This document shows, in pieces, positions 1-9,225 of a stretch of 64,000 bases of DNA. This stretch comes from Halodesulfurarchaeum sp. (lineage in GTDB: Archaea > Halobacteriota > Halobacteria > Halobacteriales > Halobacteriaceae). The stretch lies in assembly GCA_034520565.1 (NCBI GenBank), contig JAXHNL010000002.1, positions 1,632,001 to 1,696,000 of the forward strand, read 5' to 3'. A program made the translations under genes and the position numbers. Every line of letters begins with the position of its first letter. Position 1 is the first letter of the stretch. The notes under the pieces are model-generated. The model was not told the origin of the DNA. It searched no databases and saw only the letters and a program-made list of their open reading frames with translations.

Positions 1-61
1 AAATTTTACTTCCGTTTCACCCAATAAATATAAAGCCCCTCCGTTCTTTGGGGTAACTACC

Positions 62-322
62 ATGGTGGTAGCTGATACCCAGGTGGAAGACCTGCCTCCG
101 AGTGCCAAACTCGTCCTGAAAGTTCTGGAGTACAACGGTGGCCTGACGCAGAAACAGATCGTAGACAAATCCCGCCTCTCCCAGCGCACCGTTCGGGACG
201 CACTCGATCGACTCCAGGATCGAACCATCGTCGAGAAAAACATCTACATCCCGGACGCTCGCCAAAACCTCTACACGCTCACGGCCCCCACCGCCGAAGG
301 ACCCGCGGAAGCCGAAGTCTGA
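62..322 (+). CDS. small winged-helix (MarR/TrmB-like) DNA-binding protein
   Basis: 86 aa; LPPSAKLVLKVL...LTQKQIVDKSRLSQRTVRDAL...DARQNLY is a typical haloarchaeal wHTH. Confidence 0.85.
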   Translation: MVVADTQVEDLPPSAKLVLKVLEYNGGLTQKQIVDKSRLSQRTVRDALDRLQDRTIVEKNIYIPDARQNLYTLTAPTAEGPAEAEV

Positions 323-433
323 GCCGTCACGTCCCCGCTGACGTCCTGAGAAACGTCGGATCTATCGCCAGCCATCCGATCTGAAGACTTTTCACCTCTT
401 ATTCGACACCCCATACCAGGGTCGTTGCGACGC

Positions 434-1681
434 TCAGATGGGTGTTTCACTCCCCCATTGCTCGATTGCCTTGCCCAGTGCTTCGTGAACGTCTGCAGCC
501 TCGTTTATGGGCGTCCCGGCCATGTAAGCCTCGACTGACTCTCTGAGAGCTTTCGCTCCCTCGTGAGTCCCACCAGGATGTCCGTGAATCCCGCCGCCGG
601 CCTGCACGATCAGGTCCGTTCCGAGCGCGTCGAGAAGTGGCTCGACCGTCCCCGGATGCAAACCACCCGAAGCGACTGGAAGCACGTCCGGAACCCCATA
701 TAGGTCACTTCGGAGCCATTCGTTGATTCCAGCCGTGTCTTCGTTTTCGAGTTTGCCCAGATTCGCCGTCCCAGTGTGGATGTGGTCGACACCGACAAGT
801 CGGGCGATTTGGGCCAGGACGCGCATCGAAACCCCGTGATGGCTCAGCCGATCGAACGCCGCATGCATCGCCCGGTGGGCGTGAATCGCCAACCCGAGAT
901 CGCCAGCGTATTTGCGGATCGACTGGACGGCGCCCCACCCGACGGTTATCACGTCGACCATGACGAAATTCCCACCCTGGTCCGAGACGAACGCCGCCCG
1001 CTCCTTCATCGTGTCCACGTCGGCGGTAATGTTGACGAGGTAGTCCTTGCGCTCGCCCGTCTCTTCCTCGGCCAGCCCCGCCTGTTCGAAGCTCGCGGTC
1101 ACCCTGTCGGCAAAGGCGTTGAACGACTGGTCGCTGAGGTTCTCGTCGTCTTTCAGCAGATCGACGCCGCCGGTCCAGGCTTCGTACCCGATTTCGGCGT
1201 GCCTTTCACTCGAGAGTCCCACCTTCGGCTTCGGAACCGTGGCCAGAACGGGCCGATCACCGGCATCGAGGAATCGCTCCTTCACCGCCGACCCGAACTG
1301 CGGACCGGGGAACGACCGAGTCAACCCCTCGGGCCACTCACAGTCCTGCAACCGGATCGAGTCCACCGCCTTCATTCCCAGAATGTTCCCGGCGATGCAG
1401 GAGAGGACCTGAGGCATGTTCCCGAATTCAAAAAGGTTCGGCGGATAGGCGACCCGAATCTGGCCGTCACCGATCGCAAACGCCGTCGCGCCGACGTCGG
1501 TAAATCCCTCGCCGACTTCGAGGGTCGCCCACGTCCCGTTCGAACTCTCCGAGGCGACCCGTCCGGCGGCTTCCTCCATCGTAAGCCCCTCGGCGGGCTG
1601 AATCCGGAAGTCACAGACCAGTTCGTCGGTACTTGGTCGGTAGTCGGTATCGACGAAGTCCGAATACGATATGCCAGTCAT
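434..1681 (-). CDS. rbcL: RuBisCO large subunit, archaeal form III
   Basis: ESSNGTW, PKPKVGL, GVDLLKDDE catalytic motif, HAHRAMH, SGGLHPG, GGGIHGHP; start placed at MTGISY (ORF is open to 1729). Confidence 0.95.
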   Translation of the reverse strand: MTGISYSDFVDTDYRPSTDELVCDFRIQPAEGLTMEEAAGRVASESSNGTWATLEVGEGFTDVGATAFAIGDGQIRVAYPPNLFEFGNMPQVLSCIAGNILGMKAVDSIRLQDCEWPEGLTRSFPGPQFGSAVKERFLDAGDRPVLATVPKPKVGLSSERHAEIGYEAWTGGVDLLKDDENLSDQSFNAFADRVTASFEQAGLAEEETGERKDYLVNITADVDTMKERAAFVSDQGGNFVMVDVITVGWGAVQSIRKYAGDLGLAIHAHRAMHAAFDRLSHHGVSMRVLAQIARLVGVDHIHTGTANLGKLENEDTAGINEWLRSDLYGVPDVLPVASGGLHPGTVEPLLDALGTDLIVQAGGGIHGHPGGTHEGAKALRESVEAYMAGTPINEAADVHEALGKAIEQWGSETPI

Positions 1682-1768
1682 GTCCGAAGTGATTGGACCG
1701 CCGCTGGCATCAAAGTTCGGTAGCAGCATCCGACGCCACTTTCGTAGTCGCCCCGCTGTACTCGCGGC

Positions 1769-2623
1769 CTAAACGTCCCTCGAGACGGCGTCGTCGAGCC
1801 GGGCGATCACGGACTCGTTTCCGACAAACGTCGGTGTTCGCTGGTGAATCTCGGTCGCAGACACGTCGAGCAACGATTGGGCCCCGTCAGTCGAGGCCCC
1901 GCCGGCCTGCTCGACCACGTAGGCGATCGGCGCTGCCTCGAACAGCAGCCGAAGTTTCCCGTTCGGCCGGCTCTTTAGGGACGGGTATCCAAAGATGCCG
2001 CCGTAGGTGAGTACTTGACTGACGTCGGCGATCATCGCACCACCATAGCGAAGTTTGAGTTCCGACCGAACCGCCTCGACGTATGCGGCAAAGTCAGCCG
2101 GCCAGTCGGGCTCTCGACCGCCGAAGCCGTACACGGTGGGGTCTGTCGGCAATTCGACTGGTCCGGTCGACTCCATGGATCCGTCCTCGACGACGAAGCC
2201 TTCGGGCGTCCCCTCCCGGGCGATCACCATCGTCGTAATCGGGCCGTACAGGACGAAGCCGGCAGCGACGAGATCGCGTCCGGATGTCGGAAGCGAGCCG
2301 TCGTAGACGCCGACGATCGTGCCCATCGGATTGTTGGATTTGAGGTTCGAAGACCCGTCCAGCGGATCGATGGCGACGGCATACCCCTCGCCGACGTCCT
2401 CGACGGTCTCCCGTTCCTCGCTCGCGTACTCTCCGATACCGTCGACAGTCTCGAACCGCTCCCTGAACACCTCGTCGGCCCACACGTCGGCCTCCAATTG
2501 GCGGTCGCCGGTCACGTTCGACTGGTCGAGGGCAGTCCGTCGACCTGGGAGGCCCGCCCGAATCTCGGGCGCAGTACTCGCCACGGTCTCGAAGACGGCG
2601 TCGATCGCGTCGCGTCCAGTCAT
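1769..2623 (-). CDS. fbp: class 1 fructose-1,6-bisphosphatase
   Basis: ASEE, IDPLDGSSN, LRYGGAMIAD, GKLRLLFEAAP motifs. Confidence 0.95.
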   Translation of the reverse strand: MTGRDAIDAVFETVASTAPEIRAGLPGRRTALDQSNVTGDRQLEADVWADEVFRERFETVDGIGEYASEERETVEDVGEGYAVAIDPLDGSSNLKSNNPMGTIVGVYDGSLPTSGRDLVAAGFVLYGPITTMVIAREGTPEGFVVEDGSMESTGPVELPTDPTVYGFGGREPDWPADFAAYVEAVRSELKLRYGGAMIADVSQVLTYGGIFGYPSLKSRPNGKLRLLFEAAPIAYVVEQAGGASTDGAQSLLDVSATEIHQRTPTFVGNESVIARLDDAVSRDV

Positions 2624-3415
2624 TTACATCCGTTCCAGGGCCACGTCGACGCTCGTCTCCTCGAAGATCACGGCCTCGAGAGCATCGAGCATGGCCTCGG
2701 CGTTCTCACGTTGCCAGACGTTGCGCCCGACGGCCAGCCCGGACCCGCCAGCGTCGAGGACGGTCTTGACGGATTCGAGGAACGCTCGATCTGAGGTTTT
2801 CGACCCGCCGCTCATGATGACTTCGACCGGGCCAGCGCTGTCGACGACCCACTCCATCGCCGCCTCGCTTCCGGGATACTTCACCTTCGCAACGTCGGCC
2901 CCCAATTCGAGCGCCTGTCTGGCCGCGTACGCAATGACTTCGTCCCTGGTATCGCTTTTCACTCCCTGGCCCCGTGGATATGACCACATGATGACCGGGA
3001 GGTCACGATCCCGGGCTGCCTCCTGGGCCCTGGCGAATTCTTCGGCCATCTCGACTTCGTGGTTCGAACCGCCGTACAACGTGAAACCGATGGCGTCGGC
3101 CCCCAGTTCCTGGGCGTATTCGACCGACCAGTTGACGCTACTATCGGGCTCGCCCATCCAGAGGTTCGAGGTCCCGTTGAGCTTCGCCACGAGGTTCACG
3201 CTGTCGTCGTACGAGGGATAATACGTTTCGGCGACCCCCTTCTGGACGGCGAATCCGGTCACGGCGTCGTGGGTTGCCAGGTCGAACACCGTTTCCGGAT
3301 CCATCGTCTCCGGAACGGCGTCGAAGTCCGTAGGACCGTGCTCCAACCCGTGGTCGTACGCGAGAACCAGCAGTTTGCCATCTCTGGCGATCGACGAGGA
3401 CTCGAGTGATCGCAT
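2624..3415 (-). CDS. fba: class I (DhnA-type) fructose-bisphosphate aldolase
   Basis: LAYDHGLEHGP, WSYPRG, ADVAKVKY (Schiff-base Lys), GRNVWQ; abuts fbp. Confidence 0.92.
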   Translation of the reverse strand: MRSLESSSIARDGKLLVLAYDHGLEHGPTDFDAVPETMDPETVFDLATHDAVTGFAVQKGVAETYYPSYDDSVNLVAKLNGTSNLWMGEPDSSVNWSVEYAQELGADAIGFTLYGGSNHEVEMAEEFARAQEAARDRDLPVIMWSYPRGQGVKSDTRDEVIAYAARQALELGADVAKVKYPGSEAAMEWVVDSAGPVEVIMSGGSKTSDRAFLESVKTVLDAGGSGLAVGRNVWQRENAEAMLDALEAVIFEETSVDVALERM

Positions 3416-3466
3416 CAGGATTGTGTCGGTGGGCGTCGTTTAATAACCTAACTGAACGACCGGCAG

Positions 3467-4111
3467 TCACTCCTCGGCACGCGCGGCCGACCGCCACGCT
3501 TCGACAGTTCCCTTCTCGACGTCGAGTGACGCTGCAACCGCGGTCGGATTACACGTCGCCAGCCGTCTGACTGAAATGATCCCGGCCTCGGCGAGTGCAG
3601 CTTCAGCTTCCGCGTCGACTCCCTCGAGGGTGGAAATCGGCTTCGGTGCACTTCGTTCGCGCCATTCGGCTTCGGCCTCGAAATCCGTCTCCCCGCCTGG
3701 CTGGTTCGGCCAGGGCTGTCGCTCCCAGCTGTTTGGTTTATCGGTTGACGTTTTGGGGCGATCGGTCTCCGGTGTTTCGTCGTCCCAGCCCGCCGCGCTC
3801 GCGGCGACCCACTTCCGCTCCGCGTCCTGCAGGCCGCGGACCTGATGGGCCCGCAGATCCAGGTCTTCCCCGCCCTCGAGGGACCACGAGAGCGAGTGTT
3901 CACGCCGGATTTTCGCGGCCACGCCGGGATTGACGCCTGTCTTGACGAGCTGCGCGTGTGAAACCCGCCGCTTTTCAATATCTGCAGGCTCGACGCCAGC
4001 CGACTCGAGAACGGCCTCAGTCGCCGACCCGACGTACATGAGGTCGGTCAATTCCTCGGACACGAGTCCACCGGAACTGTATCCATCCGCGAGTGGCTTG
4101 AGTGTTTTCAC
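3467..4111 (-). CDS. hypothetical protein with helix-hairpin-helix-like segments
   Basis: acidic ORF; LMYVGSATEAVLESAGV and LEGVDAEAEAALAEAGI resemble HhH motifs; true start may be GTG at 4063. Confidence 0.7.
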   Translation of the reverse strand: MKTLKPLADGYSSGGLVSEELTDLMYVGSATEAVLESAGVEPADIEKRRVSHAQLVKTGVNPGVAAKIRREHSLSWSLEGGEDLDLRAHQVRGLQDAERKWVAASAAGWDDETPETDRPKTSTDKPNSWERQPWPNQPGGETDFEAEAEWRERSAPKPISTLEGVDAEAEAALAEAGIISVRRLATCNPTAVAASLDVEKGTVEAWRSAARAEE

Positions 4112-4241
4112 CGTCCGAAACCGTCCAATCGAATCGAACCGTCAACGGCGATCGGGAACAGCCCGGTGTTAGTCGAACGACGATGTCCGTTTCGACGAAT
4201 GCACATGATTTATACGGGGGCTCGTCGAAAGTCGGGTACAC

Positions 4242-5408
4242 ATGACCCGGGTACGAGTCGCAGGAGGCGGACTCACACACTTCGGCGTCCATCCGGAGCG
4301 AACCAGTCGAGCGCTCTTCGGCGAAGCCGGCGAGGCTGCCCTCGAAGACGCCGGAATCGACCGTTCGGACGTCGAATCGGTGTTTTACGGCAACTTCATG
4401 GGCGAACTCGCCGAGCATCAGGGCCACATGGGACCGCTCGCAGCCGAGGCTCTCGGAATCGACGCCCCGTCGACGCGTTACGAGAGCGCCTGTGCGTCCA
4501 GCGGCGTCGCCGTCCGCCAGGCCGTACTGAACGTTCGATCGGGTGAGGCCGACGTCGTCCTGGTGGGCGGATCGGAACGAATGAACAACCTGCCGACGGC
4601 CGAGGCGACCGACGCACTCGCGATCGCTGCGGACGACCTCTACGAAGTTCGGGCCGGCATGACCTTCCCCGGCGCGTACGCACTCATGGAGGACGCGTAC
4701 TTCGACGAGTACGGTGGATCGCGAGAGGATCTCGCCCACATTGCGGTGAAGAACCACGAAAACGCCCTCGGAAACGAGTACGCGCAGTTCCAGCAGGAGA
4801 TCAGCGTCGAGAAGGCGATGGACGCGCCACCAGTTGCCGAACCCATCCACCTCTACGACGCCTGCCCGATCACCGACGGCGCCGCCGCGATGGTCCTCGT
4901 GAGCGAGGAGTATGCCAAGGAGCACGATCTCGATGCACCTATCGCGATCACGGGAACTGGACAGGGCAGCGATCGTCTCGCTCTCCAGGACCGTGACTAC
5001 CTGGCGCGTACTCCCGCCGCCGAAGACGCCGGCGAGGAGGCCTACGACGACGCGGGCATCGGCGCGGACGATGTAGACCTTGCCGAAGTGCATGACTGTT
5101 TCACCATCGCCGAAGCGCTGGCAATCGAAGCTCTCAGCTTGTTCGATGCCGGTGACGGAATCGGAGCCGCTCGTCGGGGCGAGACGACCGCAGGCGGCGA
5201 CCTCCCGGTGAACCTCTCAGGTGGCCTGAAAGCCAAAGGTCACCCGGTCGGCGCGACCGGCGCGAGCCAGGTCGTCGAGATGGCCAAGCTACTCGACGGG
5301 ACCCACCACAACGCAGATGCCGTTTCCGACGCGACCATCGGCGTCACGCACAACGCCGGAGGCACCGTTGCCAGTACAGCTGTCCACGTCCTGGAGGTGG
5401 TCGAATGA
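4242..5408 (+). CDS. acetyl-CoA acetyltransferase (archaeal thiolase)
   Basis: ESACASSG, AEVHDCFT, NLSGGLKAKGHPVGATG. Confidence 0.93.
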   Translation: MTRVRVAGGGLTHFGVHPERTSRALFGEAGEAALEDAGIDRSDVESVFYGNFMGELAEHQGHMGPLAAEALGIDAPSTRYESACASSGVAVRQAVLNVRSGEADVVLVGGSERMNNLPTAEATDALAIAADDLYEVRAGMTFPGAYALMEDAYFDEYGGSREDLAHIAVKNHENALGNEYAQFQQEISVEKAMDAPPVAEPIHLYDACPITDGAAAMVLVSEEYAKEHDLDAPIAITGTGQGSDRLALQDRDYLARTPAAEDAGEEAYDDAGIGADDVDLAEVHDCFTIAEALAIEALSLFDAGDGIGAARRGETTAGGDLPVNLSGGLKAKGHPVGATGASQVVEMAKLLDGTHHNADAVSDATIGVTHNAGGTVASTAVHVLEVVE

Positions 5409-5794
5409 GCGACGAACCCGTCCGGGATGCGGGCTACGACGACTTCCTGGATTCGGTCGCGGAGGGATCCCCCTACTACCTCGAATGTGCCGAGGGTCAC
5501 GGGTCACTCCCGCCCAGACAGGTCTGTCCCGAGTGTGGGAACGGCGAACTCCAGCGCACGGACCTCCCCGAGGCCGGAACCATCGTCGCCCACAACGTGG
5601 TTCACGTGCCGACCCCACGATTCGCGGATGATACGCCATATGCGACCGCTATCGTCGACTTCGGACCGGTTTCCGTGACCGGACAGGTCCGCGTTGGTGA
5701 TCCCCACGAGGTCGAAAACGGACAGGACGTGGGTCTCGATATCGATGTGACCGAGACAGACGCGGACCGGCTGCTCGTCTTCGACCCGAATTAA
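5405..5794 (+). CDS. DUF35 Zn-ribbon/OB-fold thiolase partner
   Basis: ECAEGH...PPRQVCPEC plus OB fold; ATGA overlap with the thiolase. Confidence 0.9.
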   Translation: MSDEPVRDAGYDDFLDSVAEGSPYYLECAEGHGSLPPRQVCPECGNGELQRTDLPEAGTIVAHNVVHVPTPRFADDTPYATAIVDFGPVSVTGQVRVGDPHEVENGQDVGLDIDVTETDADRLLVFDPN

Positions 5795-5805
5795 CCAAAT
5801 TTCGG

Positions 5806-6669
5806 CTACTTTGACGACGCGTCGAGGTCGCTCGATTTCTCGCTCAACGTATCGTCGCTGAATCGTTCGGTCGCCTCCACGAGTGGGTGTCGTGCGTAAT
5901 CGACGATTTCCACGTCGGCGAGCGTCTCGAGCCCCTCGTTGCGAGCGGTACGGGCCATGCCCAGATCGATGCGGCTCGGCAACACGATCACGTACGCGTC
6001 CATTGCCTCGATCCCCGTCCGCCTGGCCGCCATGACCCGATGATGACCGTCTGCCAGCAGAAGATCCCCTCCGTTGTCGATGACGACGAGGGGTTCGGCC
6101 AGACCGCGTTCGAGTTCGTACTCCCGACCTTCCAGTTCGTCCGCGTAGACCGTTCCCTGAGTTGGAGTCAAGGCCGAGAGCCTGACCGTTCGACGTTCTT
6201 CTTCGGCCTCGAGGTCGTGAATCGTTTCGAGGGTCCGCTTGAGTTTTCCCACTTTTTCCGGGGTCGCCCGCTCGATCTGGGAGCGGATCACGTCGGCATT
6301 CGAGATGATCCCCACGAGGTTGCCGGCGTCGTCGACGACAGGCAGCTTTTGAATTCCGGATCTGAGGATGACCCGGGCGGCATCTGTCACCTTCATTTCG
6401 GGATGGGCCACGATGAGCTCATCGCTCATTACCTTGAAAAGGGGCGTCTGTGGGTCCTGAAGGAGCAGGTCTCGTGCCGTGACAAACCCCTCGACGTAGC
6501 GGCCGTCCGTCACCGGAAACCCGTTGTAATCGTCGCTTTCCCTGATCCGTTTGGCGACGACCTCGACGGTTTCGTCGGCGGAGACCGTCGCCACCTCCCG
6601 GGTCATGTACTCCTCGACGCGGGGGCGTTTCCTGCCACTCTCGAGATCGAATTCAAAGGGCGAGTCCAT
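5806..6669 (-). CDS. CBS-pair plus ParB/Srx-like domain protein
   Basis: two CBS domains (GFPVTD, LPVVD...GIIS) followed by LADGHHRV; start at MDSPF with upstream GGAGG. Confidence 0.88.
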   Translation of the reverse strand: MDSPFEFDLESGRKRPRVEEYMTREVATVSADETVEVVAKRIRESDDYNGFPVTDGRYVEGFVTARDLLLQDPQTPLFKVMSDELIVAHPEMKVTDAARVILRSGIQKLPVVDDAGNLVGIISNADVIRSQIERATPEKVGKLKRTLETIHDLEAEEERRTVRLSALTPTQGTVYADELEGREYELERGLAEPLVVIDNGGDLLLADGHHRVMAARRTGIEAMDAYVIVLPSRIDLGMARTARNEGLETLADVEIVDYARHPLVEATERFSDDTLSEKSSDLDASSK

Positions 6670-6769
6670 CGCTGCCTCCACCAAAACCGGCGGGAATTCG
6701 TCGATCCATGCCGGGTCTTTCGGGCCGACGTGCCTTCCGTCTTTTCCGTCCGTCCGGTCGGAGAACCGT

Positions 6770-7768
6770 TCAGTCCTCGTGGGCCGAGTTCGGGAGCGGC
6801 TTGCCTTCGAGACCGGCGGCGAGGTTGTCCGCGGCCATTCGGGCCATCTTGTTTCTGGTCTGAATGCTCGCACTCGCGATGTGTGGCGTGACGACGAGTT
6901 TCTCGGGGATGTGACGGGTTAATTCGTGATCGGCGGGCAGCGGCTCGGGTTCGGTAACGTCCAGACCGACCCGGGTGATCCAGTCGTTTTGGAGGGCCGT
7001 ATCCATCGCTTCGGGGTCGACGACGGGGCCCCGGCTGGTATTGATGAGGATCGCCTCCGCTTTCATCTGCCTGAACTCGTCCTCGCCGATCATGTGGTGA
7101 GTCGCATCGAGGAGCGGGACGTGCAGGGAGACGAAGTCACTCTCCGCGAGCAGTTCGTCCTGGTCGACGAAGGTCACATCAATCCCCACCTTGGCCAGTT
7201 CGGCTTCGGCTTCCTCGTTTCGTTCGATATCGGTGTACAGGACGTCCATATCGAAACCGCCCCCGCGGCGGGCGACTTCCGTGCCGATGTTGCCCATGCC
7301 AATAATGCCAAGCGTCGCGTGATGGACGTCCGGTCCCGTGAGCAGTTTGGGGCCCCAGGTCTCCCACTCGCCGTCGAGCACGTATTCCTGACCCTCGACG
7401 GTCCGTCGGGCCGTGGTCATCAACAACGCCCAGGCGAAGTCGGCAGTCGTCTCGGAGAGGACGCCAGGGGTGTGACCCACTGGGATGTCTCGTGCAGCGG
7501 CGGCGTCCATGTCGACGTGATCGTAGCCGACCGAAAACGTCGAAATGACATCGAGGTTCGGCGAGGCGTCCATGACCTCCCCGTCGATGTCATCCGAGAG
7601 GAGACACAGGAGGCCGTCGGCTTCGAGTTCCGAGAGGGTCTCGATGATATGTGCTTTCGATGGGGGGAGTTTCTCCTCCCAGACGTGAACGTCGTATGCG
7701 TCTTCGAGGCGTTCGATTCCCACATCCGGAATGCGGCGTGTGACGTAGACTGTCGGTTTGTCCGTCAT
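6770..7768 (-). CDS. gyaR: D-2-hydroxyacid dehydrogenase (glyoxylate/hydroxypyruvate reductase type)
   Basis: SVGYDH, GIIGMGNIG, INTSRGPVVD, LDVTEPEP, TPHIASAS. Confidence 0.85.
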   Translation of the reverse strand: MTDKPTVYVTRRIPDVGIERLEDAYDVHVWEEKLPPSKAHIIETLSELEADGLLCLLSDDIDGEVMDASPNLDVISTFSVGYDHVDMDAAAARDIPVGHTPGVLSETTADFAWALLMTTARRTVEGQEYVLDGEWETWGPKLLTGPDVHHATLGIIGMGNIGTEVARRGGGFDMDVLYTDIERNEEAEAELAKVGIDVTFVDQDELLAESDFVSLHVPLLDATHHMIGEDEFRQMKAEAILINTSRGPVVDPEAMDTALQNDWITRVGLDVTEPEPLPADHELTRHIPEKLVVTPHIASASIQTRNKMARMAADNLAAGLEGKPLPNSAHED

Positions 7769-7888
7769 GGTTAGCAGTGTTGGATAGACTGGTTTGTAGT
7801 TCGGGGTCGGACGAATTTTTGCGAACCGCGCCAACGTCGATCCGTCGGCCGACGCGAATCGATCGAGTGGCGGGTTTCGGTGCGGTAC

Positions 7889-9048
7889 TTAGAGGAACCC
7901 GGCGTCTTCGAGACGGTCGATTCCCTCCCGGATACGCTCCTCGCTCTCGACGAGCGACGCGCGCACGTAGCCGGGGGTGCCGAAGGCTTTGCCCGGCACG
8001 AGGCCGACGCCGGCCTCCCGCACGGCGTCTTTGCACCATTCCATGTCGTCCTCGGCGTCGACCGGGAACATGACGTAAAAGGCCCCTTCCGGGACCGGGA
8101 CGTCGATGCCCCGTGCTTCGAGAAGGTCCACGAGTACATCCCGCCGCGCTTCGAAGGTGTCCATCATATCGTCAGTGAGCGCGTCGATGTCCGTGTTTTC
8201 CAGGGCTTCGATTCCGGCCCGCTGCACGAAATTCGAGGCACAGGAGACCGAGTGGGAGTGGACCTTTCCGGCCTGGGTCGTGTGTTCGGTCGGCGCGGCC
8301 ATGAATCCGAGTCGGTAGCCCGTCATCGAGAAGGTCTTCGAGAAGCCGTTGATCGTGATGGTCCGGTCCATCATGCCGTCGAAGGTCGCCAGGCTGCGCT
8401 GTTCGGCCTCTCCATACATCAGCTCTGCATAGATTTCGTCGGACAGGACCGGCAGATCGTACTCGACGGCGATATCCCGAACGCCCCCGAAGGCCGCCTC
8501 GGTGAAGACCATCCCGCTTGGGTTCGACGGGGAGTTCAGCATGATGAGTGCGGTATCATCGGAGACTGCAGCTTCGAGGTCGTCGAGGGCCGGCTCGAGC
8601 TGGAAGTCGTATGGGGCTGTGTCGACGTGGACGGCCTCGCCGCCGGCCAACTTCACCATCGGCTCGTATGACGACCAGACCGGGTCAATGACGATGACCT
8701 CGTCTCCGGGGTTGACGACTGCCTGGATCGTCTCGTAGAGGGCGTGTTTCCCGCCCGGGGTCGCGATGATGTTCTCGGGACCGTACTCGAGGTCGAACCG
8801 GTCCTGGAGGTAGCCGGCGATCGAGCGCCGCAACTCCATGATTCCGTCGGAGGGCGTGTACGTCGTGTGTCCGGCATCGAGGGCGTCCTTTGTCGCGTCG
8901 ACGATGTGCTGGGGGTCTCGACGTCGGGTTGGCCCACGCTCAGGTCGACGATGTCGGCTCCGTCCGCTTCGAGTTCGGAAACCAGATTCGAGATGACGAA
9001 CGGGGCCGCCGGCTCGACGGCGTGGACGCGCTCGGCGAACTCCATCAC
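7889..9048 (-). CDS. class I PLP aminotransferase (aspartate aminotransferase-like paralog), split by an apparent 1-nt frameshift near 8911-8915
   Basis: N-terminus in ORF 8653-9048 (DLSVGQPD), remainder in ORF 7889-9121 (NSPSNPSG, SDEIY, GFSKTFSMTGYRLG); the break lies in a 5-nt homopolymer. Confidence 0.85.
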
Positions 9049-9225
9049 TGGTCACCCCGAAGTGTCCCCGTGGAGGGTCCTCGGCGCGGGAAACGCGTGG
9101 ATCCTGGCGAACAACTGGCACCGGTACGTATTGACATAGTGTGGGAGAGTAATCTCGATACCGTCCAAAATAGGTTTCGTTCGAGCCTTCGGCCCCAAGA
9201 CGCCGTTTCAGGCAAGGTTTGCGAA

